Shown here: piece after piece, positions 39,501-48,445 of the stretch
Numbering within the stretch: the stretch's first letter is position 1
How the letters are laid out: every line of letters starts with the position of its first letter
IMG/VR virus record: IMGVR_UViG_3300025528_000383
Reading direction: 5' to 3' (one strand)
DNA length: 64,000 bases
Origin: a virus
The notes under the pieces: generated by a model
The model's database searches: none
What the model was told of the DNA's origin: nothing
What the model saw: the letters and a program-made list of their open reading frames with translations, nothing else
Translations under genes and position numbers: made by a program

Positions 39501-40648
39501 GAGTGGATGTGATACCCCGTGCCCGGGAACGTCCAGTGGTTCGGATCGGTCAACTTTGATTTCCTACCGATGCACAAGCTCGCTTCATGAGCGTTGGCGT
39601 CTTCCTTATTGGTGTAATGGCTATCCGCCGTTGCTACAACCTTGAGTCCATATTGCCTCCCCAATTGGAGAATTTCTGGATTCAACATCTTTTCTTCAAG
39701 GAGATTGTGGCGTTGAATTTCAAGGTAGACGTTTTCTTTCCCGAAAATTTCTATCAAGCGACGAATGACGTTTTCGGCGATATCCTTCCGTCTATTCAAG
39801 ATGGCACGGGGAAGTTCTCCTGCTAAGCAGGCGGTCAGAACGACGACCCCCTCATGGTATTTCTCCAGATCCTCCCAATCGATCTGCGGGCGACCTTTTG
39901 TGTATTTCTGTTGGCCGATGGAAACGAGTTTGAAGAGATTTTTCAAACCGGTTTCGTTCAATGCCAGAAGCACAAGATGGTTATGAGCATCAGCTTTCTT
40001 AATCAAGAGGCTCTGTCCACCTGGGACCTCAACCTCTTCAGGTTTTTTAAGGGCCGCGGCGAACCCTTCTTCCTTTGTTGGGAATCCTTTCAGACGGATG
40101 TGCGGATTTGCTTCCAAAAGCCGTTCCACCGGGACGTGGTTCCGTTTTGCGATGAGGTGCAGCGTGTCCCCGTCTTTCGTCTGATAGAAATAATCAAGAC
40201 TCGATGTATAGGCTTCGAATCCCAAGATCGGCTTTTTCCCGTATTTTTTCATGGCTTTATAAAACTTTAAGGCCCCAAACATATTCCCGTGGTCGGTCAA
40301 AGCAAAGGCGAGCTCCGCTTTCCTGGCGATATCCTCCATTCGGGAAATGCCATCCAGGAGAGAATAGCAGCTATGTCCATGAAGCGGGATGTATTTTACA
40401 ATGTTTAAAATTCCCGTTTCGTAGTCGTAAATGGCCGGATATTCTGTCCGCTTTGTCCGGAAGATCTTTTCTGTCTCTTCCCGACCAAGGGTCTTCACCA
40501 AGTTTCCCTTCCAGTCATAGACTAAGGTATGCTCACCTTTCCGTTCTACAAGAAAGAGACGCTCCCGGAACAGTTCATCCGCCGGCCGTTCCTTTCCGTT
40601 TCCATTCATTTTTTCCTGTTTCAACGGCAAATCAAGAGCGAGTTCCAT
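36542..40648 (-). CDS. dnaE: DNA polymerase III alpha subunit (DnaE) with a LysM insertion in the PHP domain
   Basis: HGHSCYSLLDG, TDHG, GRGS, MPDIDMD, YAFNKSH, C-terminal OB fold; insert YQTKDGDTLHLIA...LLEANP...GQSLLI. Confidence 0.95.
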   Translation of the reverse strand: MELALDLPLKQEKMNGNGKERPADELFRERLFLVERKGEHTLVYDWKGNLVKTLGREETEKIFRTKRTEYPAIYDYETGILNIVKYIPLHGHSCYSLLDGISRMEDIARKAELAFALTDHGNMFGALKFYKAMKKYGKKPILGFEAYTSSLDYFYQTKDGDTLHLIAKRNHVPVERLLEANPHIRLKGFPTKEEGFAAALKKPEEVEVPGGQSLLIKKADAHNHLVLLALNETGLKNLFKLVSIGQQKYTKGRPQIDWEDLEKYHEGVVVLTACLAGELPRAILNRRKDIAENVIRRLIEIFGKENVYLEIQRHNLLEEKMLNPEILQLGRQYGLKVVATADSHYTNKEDANAHEASLCIGRKSKLTDPNHWTFPGTGYHIHSSDEMETLFHDLPELLDNTLELAERIQCEIKMGQHHMPVFPVPEGFKDQSEYFRFLVHKGFEHRFKGKPQYNDPEYRERLEFEIETIEKMKFPGYFLIVADYVGYAKRAYDQVDEKTAERWKTFIKKKGYDPAPLAVGPGRGSACGSLVAYCLNITNIDPIPYGLLFERFLNPDRISMPDIDMDFPDTRREEVLEYVRDLYGKDSVSGIITFGTMGAKLVVRDMARVMGYPSSFGDKIAKMIPEKLEVDGKSLDISLKNLIAHDIGFRQMYESDPDVKKVVDMGMKLEGLPRNTSIHACGYIIAPGPVTDFIPQATAVNNETKERETVTQFDMVECEEMGLLKMDFLGLRMMGVIDRVLARANQKRLAEGLEPLDINSLSEVAKKDLDVYRFIRDGNTAGVFQLESAGMTDLMKQLFQDIDRMDPDDPKSAEECFERLVAGISLYRPGPMAEIPNYLKNMLDPNNIVYDLPELERILKPTYNVIVYQEQVMFIVRELAGFSRGQSDTIRKAMGKKKKEIIEQYKDYFLYGSDDLGIKGCQKMGVPLDLAEDIWNRMEKFAEYAFNKSHAVGYSAISAMSGYLACHYPTEMLCEILNSYKTKSDRIKQFIGVCKERGISVLPPDVNASETNFNVQDGAIRFGFSGLRNMGKSGEFIIEERKVRGKFRDLFDFIQRMALYQRIDKRMIEALIYSGSLDGFPGTRKEKLSQLDRLLGIASTIKEAKKERVVPLFAAKAFQPVMKVLTMPEEAGELDVHTRLMKEKEYTGFYVTGHPIDQYLPFLSSLHIKDFHKIHQFLALEDEMEEEEGEETERKEREFKATLVGVAQEIEPFVTKKGERMANYEIEDETGSIRAVIFPQTYHQYSDLLKEGAVLYFIGTVSYSDRGLQFKTESIGTVESLTAVTEPEAIQLVLSDNSVQAQRELDEIEEILADVKKNGFQNTIPIRFVYHGKEYKTRRGRELKGYHNGETIDRLQHLLGKENVRVIY

Positions 40649-40686
40649 ACGTTTCCCTTCTTTCTCCTCCATGCTTTCTATTTCTA

Positions 40687-40715
40687 TTGTATTTTTACAA
40701 TTTCCTATAGTCAAC
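40687..40715 (-). promoter_or_regulatory. dnaE promoter TTGACT-17-TACAAT; operator copy 40700-40715
   Basis: Read directly. Confidence 0.75.
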
Positions 40716-40750
40716 AGAAAAAAGGAGCCGTCTCAGAGACGACTCCTTTA

Positions 40751-42919
40751 TTACTTTATTTCTTGTTCTAAAACTTTGACGAGATGAGCTGGGATATTTT
40801 CCGGCTCAGTCATGATGATTCCATGCTGATACATCTCTCGGTACGATGTACGTGTTTTTTCTAAATGCTCTTTTGAGCCGAAGCAGATTGCGATGACGAT
40901 AACGCCCTGTTTACGGGCGTCCCGCACCGCATTCTTCACACTCGTGATGGCATCTTTCTCATCGATATAACTCGAAGGAAGCCCATCCGATAGTACGAAG
41001 AGAATTTTCTTCGACTCCGGCCGTTTCAAGAGCTCTTTGGTGGCGATGCGGATGGAGATGCTGTCCGCATTACAAGAGCCATAACGCCATTCCGCCGACC
41101 AGGAACGATTTACGGATTCCGTGTCCCCAAAGTCGGAAATGACTTCGTGTCGGACCAGATCCGGCGGAAAACCGGAGGGGACGAAATCATCATCAAACAG
41201 GACAATCCGAAAAGGTACCAGTCCACGCAACCCCTCTTCAAGGATGGCACAGGCTTCTCTGGCATAGTCCTTTTTAGTCTTTCCATCTTTCACATATTCA
41301 GTCATGGAACCGCTATTATCCACCAAAACCTCGACGACATAGGTGGAATCCTGCGGGTTTCCACGTTTGACAAACACATCGTACTCCTTAACCCCTACCC
41401 TCCAGAGGGCATTGGAGTCAAGGCGGCCACGCCTGCGATTCCGGGCAGTGTAGCCCTGCTTGTCCAGAAGAATTTGTTTCAGTCTCCTGGACAGCTTCTT
41501 ACCCGGGTGAAGGATATGATCCGGCACAGGACTTGGTTGGATGTCCGCATGGGTCAGTTCAAACTCAAAAAACCCACGACCTTTCAGAGCATCCTGGAGT
41601 TCTCGTTTGGTCAGGTCGCCGGATTCCGCTTTTTTGCGGGCTTTTTCCCGTTGAATACGGAGCTCCTCGTTTTTGATCTGTTGCATGTCATTTTCCAGAT
41701 CATCCAACAGATCATTTTGGGCGTTTTGGAGGAATTCATTGACCAGTTTCTCTTCTTCTTTTGCCCATTGCTCCGATTCGTCGGTCAGGTCGTTCGAATC
41801 ATTTTGATCCGAATCTTCCGCTTCCCCGGCTTGACCGTCTTGGGAAGCGTCATCCGGTTTACTGGATTTCCCGCTTTGATCCTTTTGGTTTTCTCCGTTC
41901 GGGTTTGGGATGGGATTTCCCTTCACCGATTGCGGTTTCCCGACGGATTGCGGGCTATTTTGGTCGTCCGCATCCGAAACGCCTTGTGGTTGTTCCGGGA
42001 CGAAGTGAGTGGATACTTCTCCGACATATGAAACTGAATCCTGCTTGGATTTTTTCCCGCCACCCTGTGTCGAGAAGTTAGGCGTGTCGGGAAGAGCACT
42101 CATCGCTCCCGTGTCTTGCATCAGAAGCTCGACGACGAGGGGAACAATGCGTTCATAAATTTCAAACGTCACATCCGCACAGCCCTGGGGCGTCGGTTCA
42201 TTGATGGCCCGGATGATCAGCGGACGAATCTCGTCCAGCTTCCGGTCCATTTCCGTGCCTCCATAGACATCGCCCCACTTATGGGATTTAAGACCCGTGA
42301 CGCACATGGTGGTCACTGCAAACAAAAATTCCATAAGCGGATTCTGTCCATTTACCGGTTGGTTTTGCCAGATGAGGGCATTCATGAATTGAACATGTTT
42401 CAGATAGCCCCTCATCCGGGTCACCAATCGTTTTTCAATTCGACCATCCTCGGTGCTGTTCAACAAGTGGGCACCGAGTTTGATTCCGCACTGATACGTG
42501 TTCACCGGCAGAATCTTGCCGGGATGGAGCTGATAGACCCGTTTTTGAAAATCTTCGGCAACCTGCTCCTGGAACTTCTTAAAAATCTCAAAATCGCTTG
42601 ACCGAACATGTTCAGTTTCATGACCGGTCAAGGCTTTCAGAACCGAGAAGACCATTTCGTGAGGCATTCCCCACACGTATCGGGGGACACCCACCGTGAT
42701 GGATTTACTGTCTGTGAAAGACCCCGAATCCATCAAAAGGCGGAACTTCACCTTCGGGTGTCCAGCCGGAAGCAAGTGGATGATCGTCCGATACAAGATA
42801 TTGTACACAGACTGTCTCGCGATGAACCGGCGTGTGTCATCATATCGTTTTTTTGTATCATGATCGAGCCCGGCCATCAATAAACGAGCCCGTTCGATTT
42901 CCTCAAAAATATTTGACAT
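40751..42919 (-). CDS. VWA protein with N-terminal HExxH (HETEH) region and low-complexity linker (CobT/DUF2201-like architecture)
   Basis: MIDAS DNSGS, VLSDG; HETEH at 42608-42622. Confidence 0.8.
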   Translation of the reverse strand: MSNIFEEIERARLLMAGLDHDTKKRYDDTRRFIARQSVYNILYRTIIHLLPAGHPKVKFRLLMDSGSFTDSKSITVGVPRYVWGMPHEMVFSVLKALTGHETEHVRSSDFEIFKKFQEQVAEDFQKRVYQLHPGKILPVNTYQCGIKLGAHLLNSTEDGRIEKRLVTRMRGYLKHVQFMNALIWQNQPVNGQNPLMEFLFAVTTMCVTGLKSHKWGDVYGGTEMDRKLDEIRPLIIRAINEPTPQGCADVTFEIYERIVPLVVELLMQDTGAMSALPDTPNFSTQGGGKKSKQDSVSYVGEVSTHFVPEQPQGVSDADDQNSPQSVGKPQSVKGNPIPNPNGENQKDQSGKSSKPDDASQDGQAGEAEDSDQNDSNDLTDESEQWAKEEEKLVNEFLQNAQNDLLDDLENDMQQIKNEELRIQREKARKKAESGDLTKRELQDALKGRGFFEFELTHADIQPSPVPDHILHPGKKLSRRLKQILLDKQGYTARNRRRGRLDSNALWRVGVKEYDVFVKRGNPQDSTYVVEVLVDNSGSMTEYVKDGKTKKDYAREACAILEEGLRGLVPFRIVLFDDDFVPSGFPPDLVRHEVISDFGDTESVNRSWSAEWRYGSCNADSISIRIATKELLKRPESKKILFVLSDGLPSSYIDEKDAITSVKNAVRDARKQGVIVIAICFGSKEHLEKTRTSYREMYQHGIIMTEPENIPAHLVKVLEQEIK

Positions 42920-42982
42920 AATAAATTCCTCCTCCTTTTGAAATAAAGGAAGGGGAGAAAACTCCCGCTTCCCTGCCTCATG

Positions 42983-44680
42983 TCAACCTGCGATATCATC
43001 CACCAGCGAAGCCACCGTCGCACGGTATTCGAGGTCGTTGATCCGGTTGGCCACGTTATCGAGCAACGCCTCGTAAATACCCAGCCGATCGGCGACCTTA
43101 AGGGCGTCAATGTACCCTCTCACCGTGATGCAACGTTCGGAGATCTGACCGTCCTGATAGAGCTTCATAATGCTTTGGTAGAGTTTGTCACAAATCTCGA
43201 TATCGGACGGTTTCGCCTCCGGCACCCGATGAGCCAACATCTTGGCGATGCTCGGTACGTCCGGGAAGATTACCGGCACAAACCGGTCGTTCACGGCTTC
43301 CGGAAGTTCCTTCGTCCCCACATATCCCAGCGGGTTCATCGTGGAGATGATCCGGAATTTCGGATGAATTTCTACAAGCCCGTACCCGGGGACCTGAAGC
43401 CTCCGGCGGTCATCCAAGATGGATTGAAGGGCGAACAACGGTCCATCGTCCGCCGCGTTGATTTCATCCAGGTCGAAGAATCCACCAACTTCCATCGCTT
43501 GGATTAACGCTTCACGGTCGAACGACATCTTGGTGATCTGTCTACCTTCTTCGTCTACTTCGGATTCGAACGTTTTTGATCCGAAGAGATCGAATTTGTC
43601 CGTCTGTTCGGTCATGCAAAACTCGAATAGCGGACGTTGGTAGACCCAAGCCAAGGTTTCAATCAACGTATTCTTGCCGGTTCCCTTGCCGCCCTCGAAC
43701 CGCAGGAAAAACCCGGCGTTCAAGTAGACAATGGACTTCCGGACAACCCCGATGGCGTCGAAGAACTTCGTTTTTGGCCGTCGGATGATCCGGTGTTGGA
43801 ACTCTTCCGGAACCGGTTCATACGACTCAAAGATCTCCTTGATCAAATTTTCTTCGACGTCGCATTTACGGAGGTATTTCTCGATTTCCTCCAATCGGTC
43901 TGCCGGAACGATCCCTTTATCGATTACCGCCTTCTTCACCTCGGGTAAAGTCAGGATGACCTTGCCCGCCAACACGTCGTCGAAGGTTTCTTGGTCGATT
44001 TCACAGCGGACCGAATAAGAATTTCCGCTGGCTTCGACCGCTTCGACGATTTGTGCCGCACCTCGCTTGGCGAGGCATTCCAGATAGGCTTGGAATTTTT
44101 CCATATCGCCCGTTTCAGCTTTATGTACCAAGCCGGCTGGAACTTCCTGTCCATTTTCGGACAGGAAGGCGATGATTTTTCCGCCTTCCGCTTTCACCCA
44201 CAAAGCCGGTTTGTTTCCGGCTTGCAATTCCCGCAAGACCTTTGTTTTGGCTTTATATTCCTTGATGGAACCCCTCACATGGAGAACAAATTCCATCACG
44301 TTTCTGGTTTCTTGCGGGGGGTTGGGTAGGATGGCTTCCAGGATGAAGGCTTTCCTGGTTGATCCGTCTCGGAACGTGACCTCACCTTCATCAACCACGA
44401 CTCCGTCACAAACCATGTACCCCGAGCCATCTTTTTGGAGCCCTCTCTCCACCATTGCGTCATAGAGAGCCTCATTGTTCTTCGTGCCCTCTATAACCGT
44501 TGATCCGTACTGTTTCCCGACCACACCGAGTTGCTCGGTCATGGCCTCATCCCAAACAGAAATCACTTTGGGATCGTAGACGGCCCCTTTGCTCGTGGGG
44601 TCATGGACCAACTTCACACGCTGACCGACACTCAAACGCAAGCTGTGCCGGGCATTGAAAACAGTCACTTTCATTTTCAT
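42983..44680 (-). CDS. MoxR/CbbQ-like AAA+ ATPase with N-terminal HIRAN-like domain
   Basis: GGKGTGKN, LDEIN, TMNP..Y.GT..L..A..DRF; N-terminal GQRVKLVHDP...YDPKVISV...LGVV. Confidence 0.85.
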   Translation of the reverse strand: MKMKVTVFNARHSLRLSVGQRVKLVHDPTSKGAVYDPKVISVWDEAMTEQLGVVGKQYGSTVIEGTKNNEALYDAMVERGLQKDGSGYMVCDGVVVDEGEVTFRDGSTRKAFILEAILPNPPQETRNVMEFVLHVRGSIKEYKAKTKVLRELQAGNKPALWVKAEGGKIIAFLSENGQEVPAGLVHKAETGDMEKFQAYLECLAKRGAAQIVEAVEASGNSYSVRCEIDQETFDDVLAGKVILTLPEVKKAVIDKGIVPADRLEEIEKYLRKCDVEENLIKEIFESYEPVPEEFQHRIIRRPKTKFFDAIGVVRKSIVYLNAGFFLRFEGGKGTGKNTLIETLAWVYQRPLFEFCMTEQTDKFDLFGSKTFESEVDEEGRQITKMSFDREALIQAMEVGGFFDLDEINAADDGPLFALQSILDDRRRLQVPGYGLVEIHPKFRIISTMNPLGYVGTKELPEAVNDRFVPVIFPDVPSIAKMLAHRVPEAKPSDIEICDKLYQSIMKLYQDGQISERCITVRGYIDALKVADRLGIYEALLDNVANRINDLEYRATVASLVDDIAG

Positions 44681-44819
44681 AAAATTTAACCTCCCTTTAG
44701 AAATACATTGCCGCATACGACGGCAATTCCATTGTTATAAAACTTCCTTGTATCCTACTAACGGGGAGATATTTTTATAATCGGTGTGGAGATGGATAGG
44801 AAGGGATGAACAAATCAAA

Positions 44820-44847
44820 AAAAGGCGGGACATTTCCCGCCTTTTAC
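44820..44847 (-). terminator. Terminator after herA
   Basis: AAAAGGCGGGA-CATT-TCCCGCCTTTT. Confidence 0.7.
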
Positions 44848-44874
44848 AATTTCTTTTGATTCGATTGTCCGTCG

Positions 44875-46683
44875 TCAGGCTTCGTAGAGGATGCCGAATG
44901 GGCTTTGTTTCTTCACCACTTTTCCGCTCACAACGAGTTCGCCCAGCGTATCGGTGATGTCCTGCAAGGTGTAGGTGCCGGAAAGCACCCGGTTCGCCTC
45001 GCTGTGGAGAGCGGCGATTTTTCCCGAATGGATCGGCAGACGACCAAGAAGGAATGTCGCCAGCTCTTCCCGGTTCTTCGACACGGAGAACTGATCCAAT
45101 TCCTCAAATGGATCCTTTGTATTCGGGACCTCCGTGAATGTGGTGCGGAATCGCACCACGAAATTTTTGGAAAGGAGCGGGGAGGAGATGAAACAGGATC
45201 CGGACAACAGGTGGGGCAAGCGTTTCATTTCCTCTTCTGTAAGATTCGTCTCTCTCTGGATCATGTCCATGTCACCTTTGGAGTGAAGACGGAAGATGAT
45301 CTTCGTGTTGAGCTGAGCCATAATCGTCTCATCCAAGGCATTTGGCTTTTGTGTGACCATCACGAGAAACACCCCGTATTTACGGGCTTCCAACGCCACC
45401 GTCTTGATGACGTTGCCGACCGGGGAAAACCGGCCTTTTGGTGCGAAGTTGTGGGCTTCATCCATTACGATGAAAAACATCGGAAAGCATTCTTCTTCTT
45501 CTCCTCGTTCCCGGGCGTCCTGGTACGCCCGGCGTTTTAAGTAGAACTTCTTGATGATGTAGGAGGAAAGCATTTGAAGCCGGCGAATGTCGCCCCGGAT
45601 GACGGCGAGCTTACGGGCTTTCAACGCCCGTTCCACCCCTTCAATGTCGCCATTGAAAATGCGGGTGTTCTCCAGACTATCGAGCTTCCAGCCCAACGCC
45701 TGCAAGGTGGACGCTCCGCTTACTCGGTTGCGGTACTTAGCATACAATTCTTCTTGTTCTGGTTTGAGCGGTTCCTGTTCCCTTTTTGGCTTATCTTTTT
45801 CTTCAAAGGCGATTTTGAGATTGACGATTTTCTGACGGAGGTAAGCCAGGGTATCCCCTTGTTCGTACAATACCTCCAGGGCAGCCTTTTGTGGGTCAGT
45901 CAGAGGTCCCACAAATTCGAATAAGTGGACGAGCTCATCCAGTGTGAGTTCCACAAACCGGATACCCACGTCCTTTCCGATGTAGAAAGTTTCGTATTTC
46001 CCGCTGAAATCGGTTTTTAATGCTTCAGGAAGCCCTTTCACCGGATTACAGAACACCGATTCCTGGTGCGGGTCAAAAACAAGCCCAGGAATGGAAAACT
46101 TCATCAGCTCCTCTTCCAAGACCCGCATCCCGAATGTCTTTCCGCTTCCGGTTGTCCCGATGATTTCAAAGTGCGGGTATTCCCGAAGCCGGTGAAAGTC
46201 CAGGAAAAAAGGGACACCCCGTTGTTCCCCGGCTTGATTTCCCAGCCACAACGGAGCAACATTCTGGAGTTCATCCGGGAGCTCACTCTGCATCGGACCC
46301 GTCCCTTCGATTACCCCGAGCGTGAATCCCTTTGACGGATCGGCTTGAATGAGGATGTCCTGAATTTCCGCGAACTTCGGTTTCCGTACCCGAGAAGCTG
46401 GCATTACCGGAGTGGCAATCGGCCGCAACACATCCGCTTTTGCCAGAAACAATGGGTTGTCTGGTTTCAGCTCCATCGCACGCAGAAACTCCACCGCACA
46501 ACCGCTCGGAAGCACGCTTTCCACTGCCATCGGATAGGCGAATGTGTCCACAACTTCAACCGGCACCGGACCGTGATAGGGATCTTCGATCATCAAATAT
46601 TCATTCAACGTGAAGGGGCTTTCCTGCGTGGCCAGAATAACGGTTTTCGTCTCTGTCCGTCCCAGGACGAACATTCCGTCCAT
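44875..46683 (-). CDS. herA: HerA-family ATPase/helicase
   Basis: N-terminal HAS-barrel-like region, GTTGSGKT, MDEAH, EARKYG, TQKP. Confidence 0.85.
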   Translation of the reverse strand: MDGMFVLGRTETKTVILATQESPFTLNEYLMIEDPYHGPVPVEVVDTFAYPMAVESVLPSGCAVEFLRAMELKPDNPLFLAKADVLRPIATPVMPASRVRKPKFAEIQDILIQADPSKGFTLGVIEGTGPMQSELPDELQNVAPLWLGNQAGEQRGVPFFLDFHRLREYPHFEIIGTTGSGKTFGMRVLEEELMKFSIPGLVFDPHQESVFCNPVKGLPEALKTDFSGKYETFYIGKDVGIRFVELTLDELVHLFEFVGPLTDPQKAALEVLYEQGDTLAYLRQKIVNLKIAFEEKDKPKREQEPLKPEQEELYAKYRNRVSGASTLQALGWKLDSLENTRIFNGDIEGVERALKARKLAVIRGDIRRLQMLSSYIIKKFYLKRRAYQDARERGEEEECFPMFFIVMDEAHNFAPKGRFSPVGNVIKTVALEARKYGVFLVMVTQKPNALDETIMAQLNTKIIFRLHSKGDMDMIQRETNLTEEEMKRLPHLLSGSCFISSPLLSKNFVVRFRTTFTEVPNTKDPFEELDQFSVSKNREELATFLLGRLPIHSGKIAALHSEANRVLSGTYTLQDITDTLGELVVSGKVVKKQSPFGILYEA

Positions 46684-46716
46684 ACGACATTCTCCTTCCG
46701 TATCTCTCTTATTTCA

Positions 46717-46746
46717 AACATATCATTACATTAACCTATAGTCAAA
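46717..46746 (-). promoter_or_regulatory. herA promoter TTGACT-17-TATGTT; operator copy 46731-46746
   Basis: Read directly. Confidence 0.65.
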
Positions 46747-46782
46747 GGTAAAAGGCTCCCGCATATGGAGCCCATTCCAATA

Positions 46783-47769
46783 TCAGTCGGTATCTGTTTT
46801 TTTCTTCGTTTTGTCCGTCGGCAGTTCCAGTTCGGCAACCCGACCGAAGCCGGCGATAAACCGTTTCCAGTAGCCTTGGAGCGAAGCAACCTTCACCCCG
46901 GAGTTTTGGGCGTTGATCATCTGTCCGTTTCCGACGTAGATGCCCACATGGCTGATTCTTTTCCCGAAACTGAAGAAAACGAGGTCGCCGGGTTTCACAT
47001 CGGAAGGTTCGAGGCGTCGAGTGGCAAGATATTGTTGGGCGGCAGTGCGAGGCAGTTCAATGCCAGCCTTTTTAAAGGACCACTGAACGAGGCCCGAACA
47101 GTCGAAGCTGGACTCGGGATTCGCTCCGCCCCAATGGTATGGGTAGCCCAAGTAACGTATGGCTTCATTCAGCACGGTCAAGCGGTCGCCCAGGTTTTTG
47201 GAGAGAGCTTCCTGCTCGGCCTTCCGGATTTTCAACTTGGCATAATTCTCCTGGAGCGAGCGAGATTGACCCCGTAGGAGCTCCTCACGATTTTCCAGCC
47301 ATTTCTTCTGCTTGTTCAATCGTTCATAGTCCTTTTTCTGAGTCTCCATAAGGCTCATGTCCTCTTCCATCAGAGCGTGGATGACGAACGCCCGCTGGAA
47401 CCGTTCGTTGAGCAAGTTAGAATCCAACGGGACAGTGAGGTTGGATAAGGAATCGCTGTTGGTTTGCAGGGCATGAAGGCGGCTGTCGATCAGTTGTTGC
47501 CGATTTTTAACCCTTTCCCGGGTTTCCTTGAGTTTCTCGTCGGTTTCCCGAATCTGTTTCCGTGTTGCCTCGAATTGTCTCTTTTTCTGCTTGATTTCCG
47601 TTTCCTTTTTAACCAGCTCCTCTTTCAACTCTCGAATCCGTTGATCGACTTCCCGCTTCTGGGTAGACAGTGGGCTTTTAATATCTGAATTGTTATCTGC
47701 CATGACTTTCGTCGGAACGGCATTTAGGAAGCCGACTGAGAGAGCCAGAAGGAGCATCTGTTGTTTCAT
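46783..47769 (-). CDS. Secreted coiled-coil NlpC/P60 endopeptidase (CwlO-like; start revised)
   Basis: Signal peptide, coiled coil, FDCSGL, HVGIY. Confidence 0.88.
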   Translation of the reverse strand: MKQQMLLLALSVGFLNAVPTKVMADNNSDIKSPLSTQKREVDQRIRELKEELVKKETEIKQKKRQFEATRKQIRETDEKLKETRERVKNRQQLIDSRLHALQTNSDSLSNLTVPLDSNLLNERFQRAFVIHALMEEDMSLMETQKKDYERLNKQKKWLENREELLRGQSRSLQENYAKLKIRKAEQEALSKNLGDRLTVLNEAIRYLGYPYHWGGANPESSFDCSGLVQWSFKKAGIELPRTAAQQYLATRRLEPSDVKPGDLVFFSFGKRISHVGIYVGNGQMINAQNSGVKVASLQGYWKRFIAGFGRVAELELPTDKTKKKTDTD

Positions 47770-47902
47770 GGAATTCACTCCTTTTTTAACCCCATTTTCT
47801 CGATCTAACAGAAAACCCCTTCGAATCGCATTCGAGGGGGTCCATAAGTTTTTATTTATCTTAGACGGGAAAAAGGGGAAAATTCCAAACCGCCCGTCCG
47901 AC

Positions 47903-48427
47903 TCAGGCGGGGCCGCACCCCGTCTGATTGTAAAACGTCTCCATTTCCTCGTCGGAGAGCGGATTTTGGGCAAGGTTGACAGATTCTAAGCCTTTGAGTT
48001 GGTAAAGTATCCGAATCGAGGGGATCCGGTTATGGTAGAGGGAAACCCGGCGGACATTCGGAAAATGGAGCAGAATCTCATCCGTCTCCAACCCACAATT
48101 ACGAAGTTCCAACTCTTCTACCGAATCAAACGTGACAAAGAGGTTCGTCCAATCAATTTGCGGGTTGTCCGATAGATCCAGATATCGTAAGCGGGGAAGC
48201 ATCGCAAGCGGCGAGATGTCCGTAAACCGGTTCCCGCAGAGATGAAGAGTTTCGAGATTTCGGCAGAGTTCGATCCCGAAAAGATTCCGGATCTCCCGCT
48301 GGTTGGCGTTCAGATAACGGATTTTGGAAAGCGTTTTTTCGTCCACGTCCCGACGGATGAGACTCGAACGGTTGATGATTCTATCAAAAAGCCGATACAA
48401 GGCCACATCTGGAATGTTCGGTTTCAT
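47903..48427 (-). CDS. Cytoplasmic leucine-rich-repeat protein (internalin-type repeats)
   Basis: LETLHLCGNRFTDISPL, LRYLDLSDN, LELRNC, VSLYHN, VNLAQN. Confidence 0.8.
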   Translation of the reverse strand: MKPNIPDVALYRLFDRIINRSSLIRRDVDEKTLSKIRYLNANQREIRNLFGIELCRNLETLHLCGNRFTDISPLAMLPRLRYLDLSDNPQIDWTNLFVTFDSVEELELRNCGLETDEILLHFPNVRRVSLYHNRIPSIRILYQLKGLESVNLAQNPLSDEEMETFYNQTGCGPA

Positions 48428-48445
48428 CTATCCATTTCCCCTTCT

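Noticed and set aside
44707-44727. Hairpin ATTGCCG-N7-CGGCAAT in the AAA gene leader
   Set aside because: A single occurrence with no T tract; no function can be supported.
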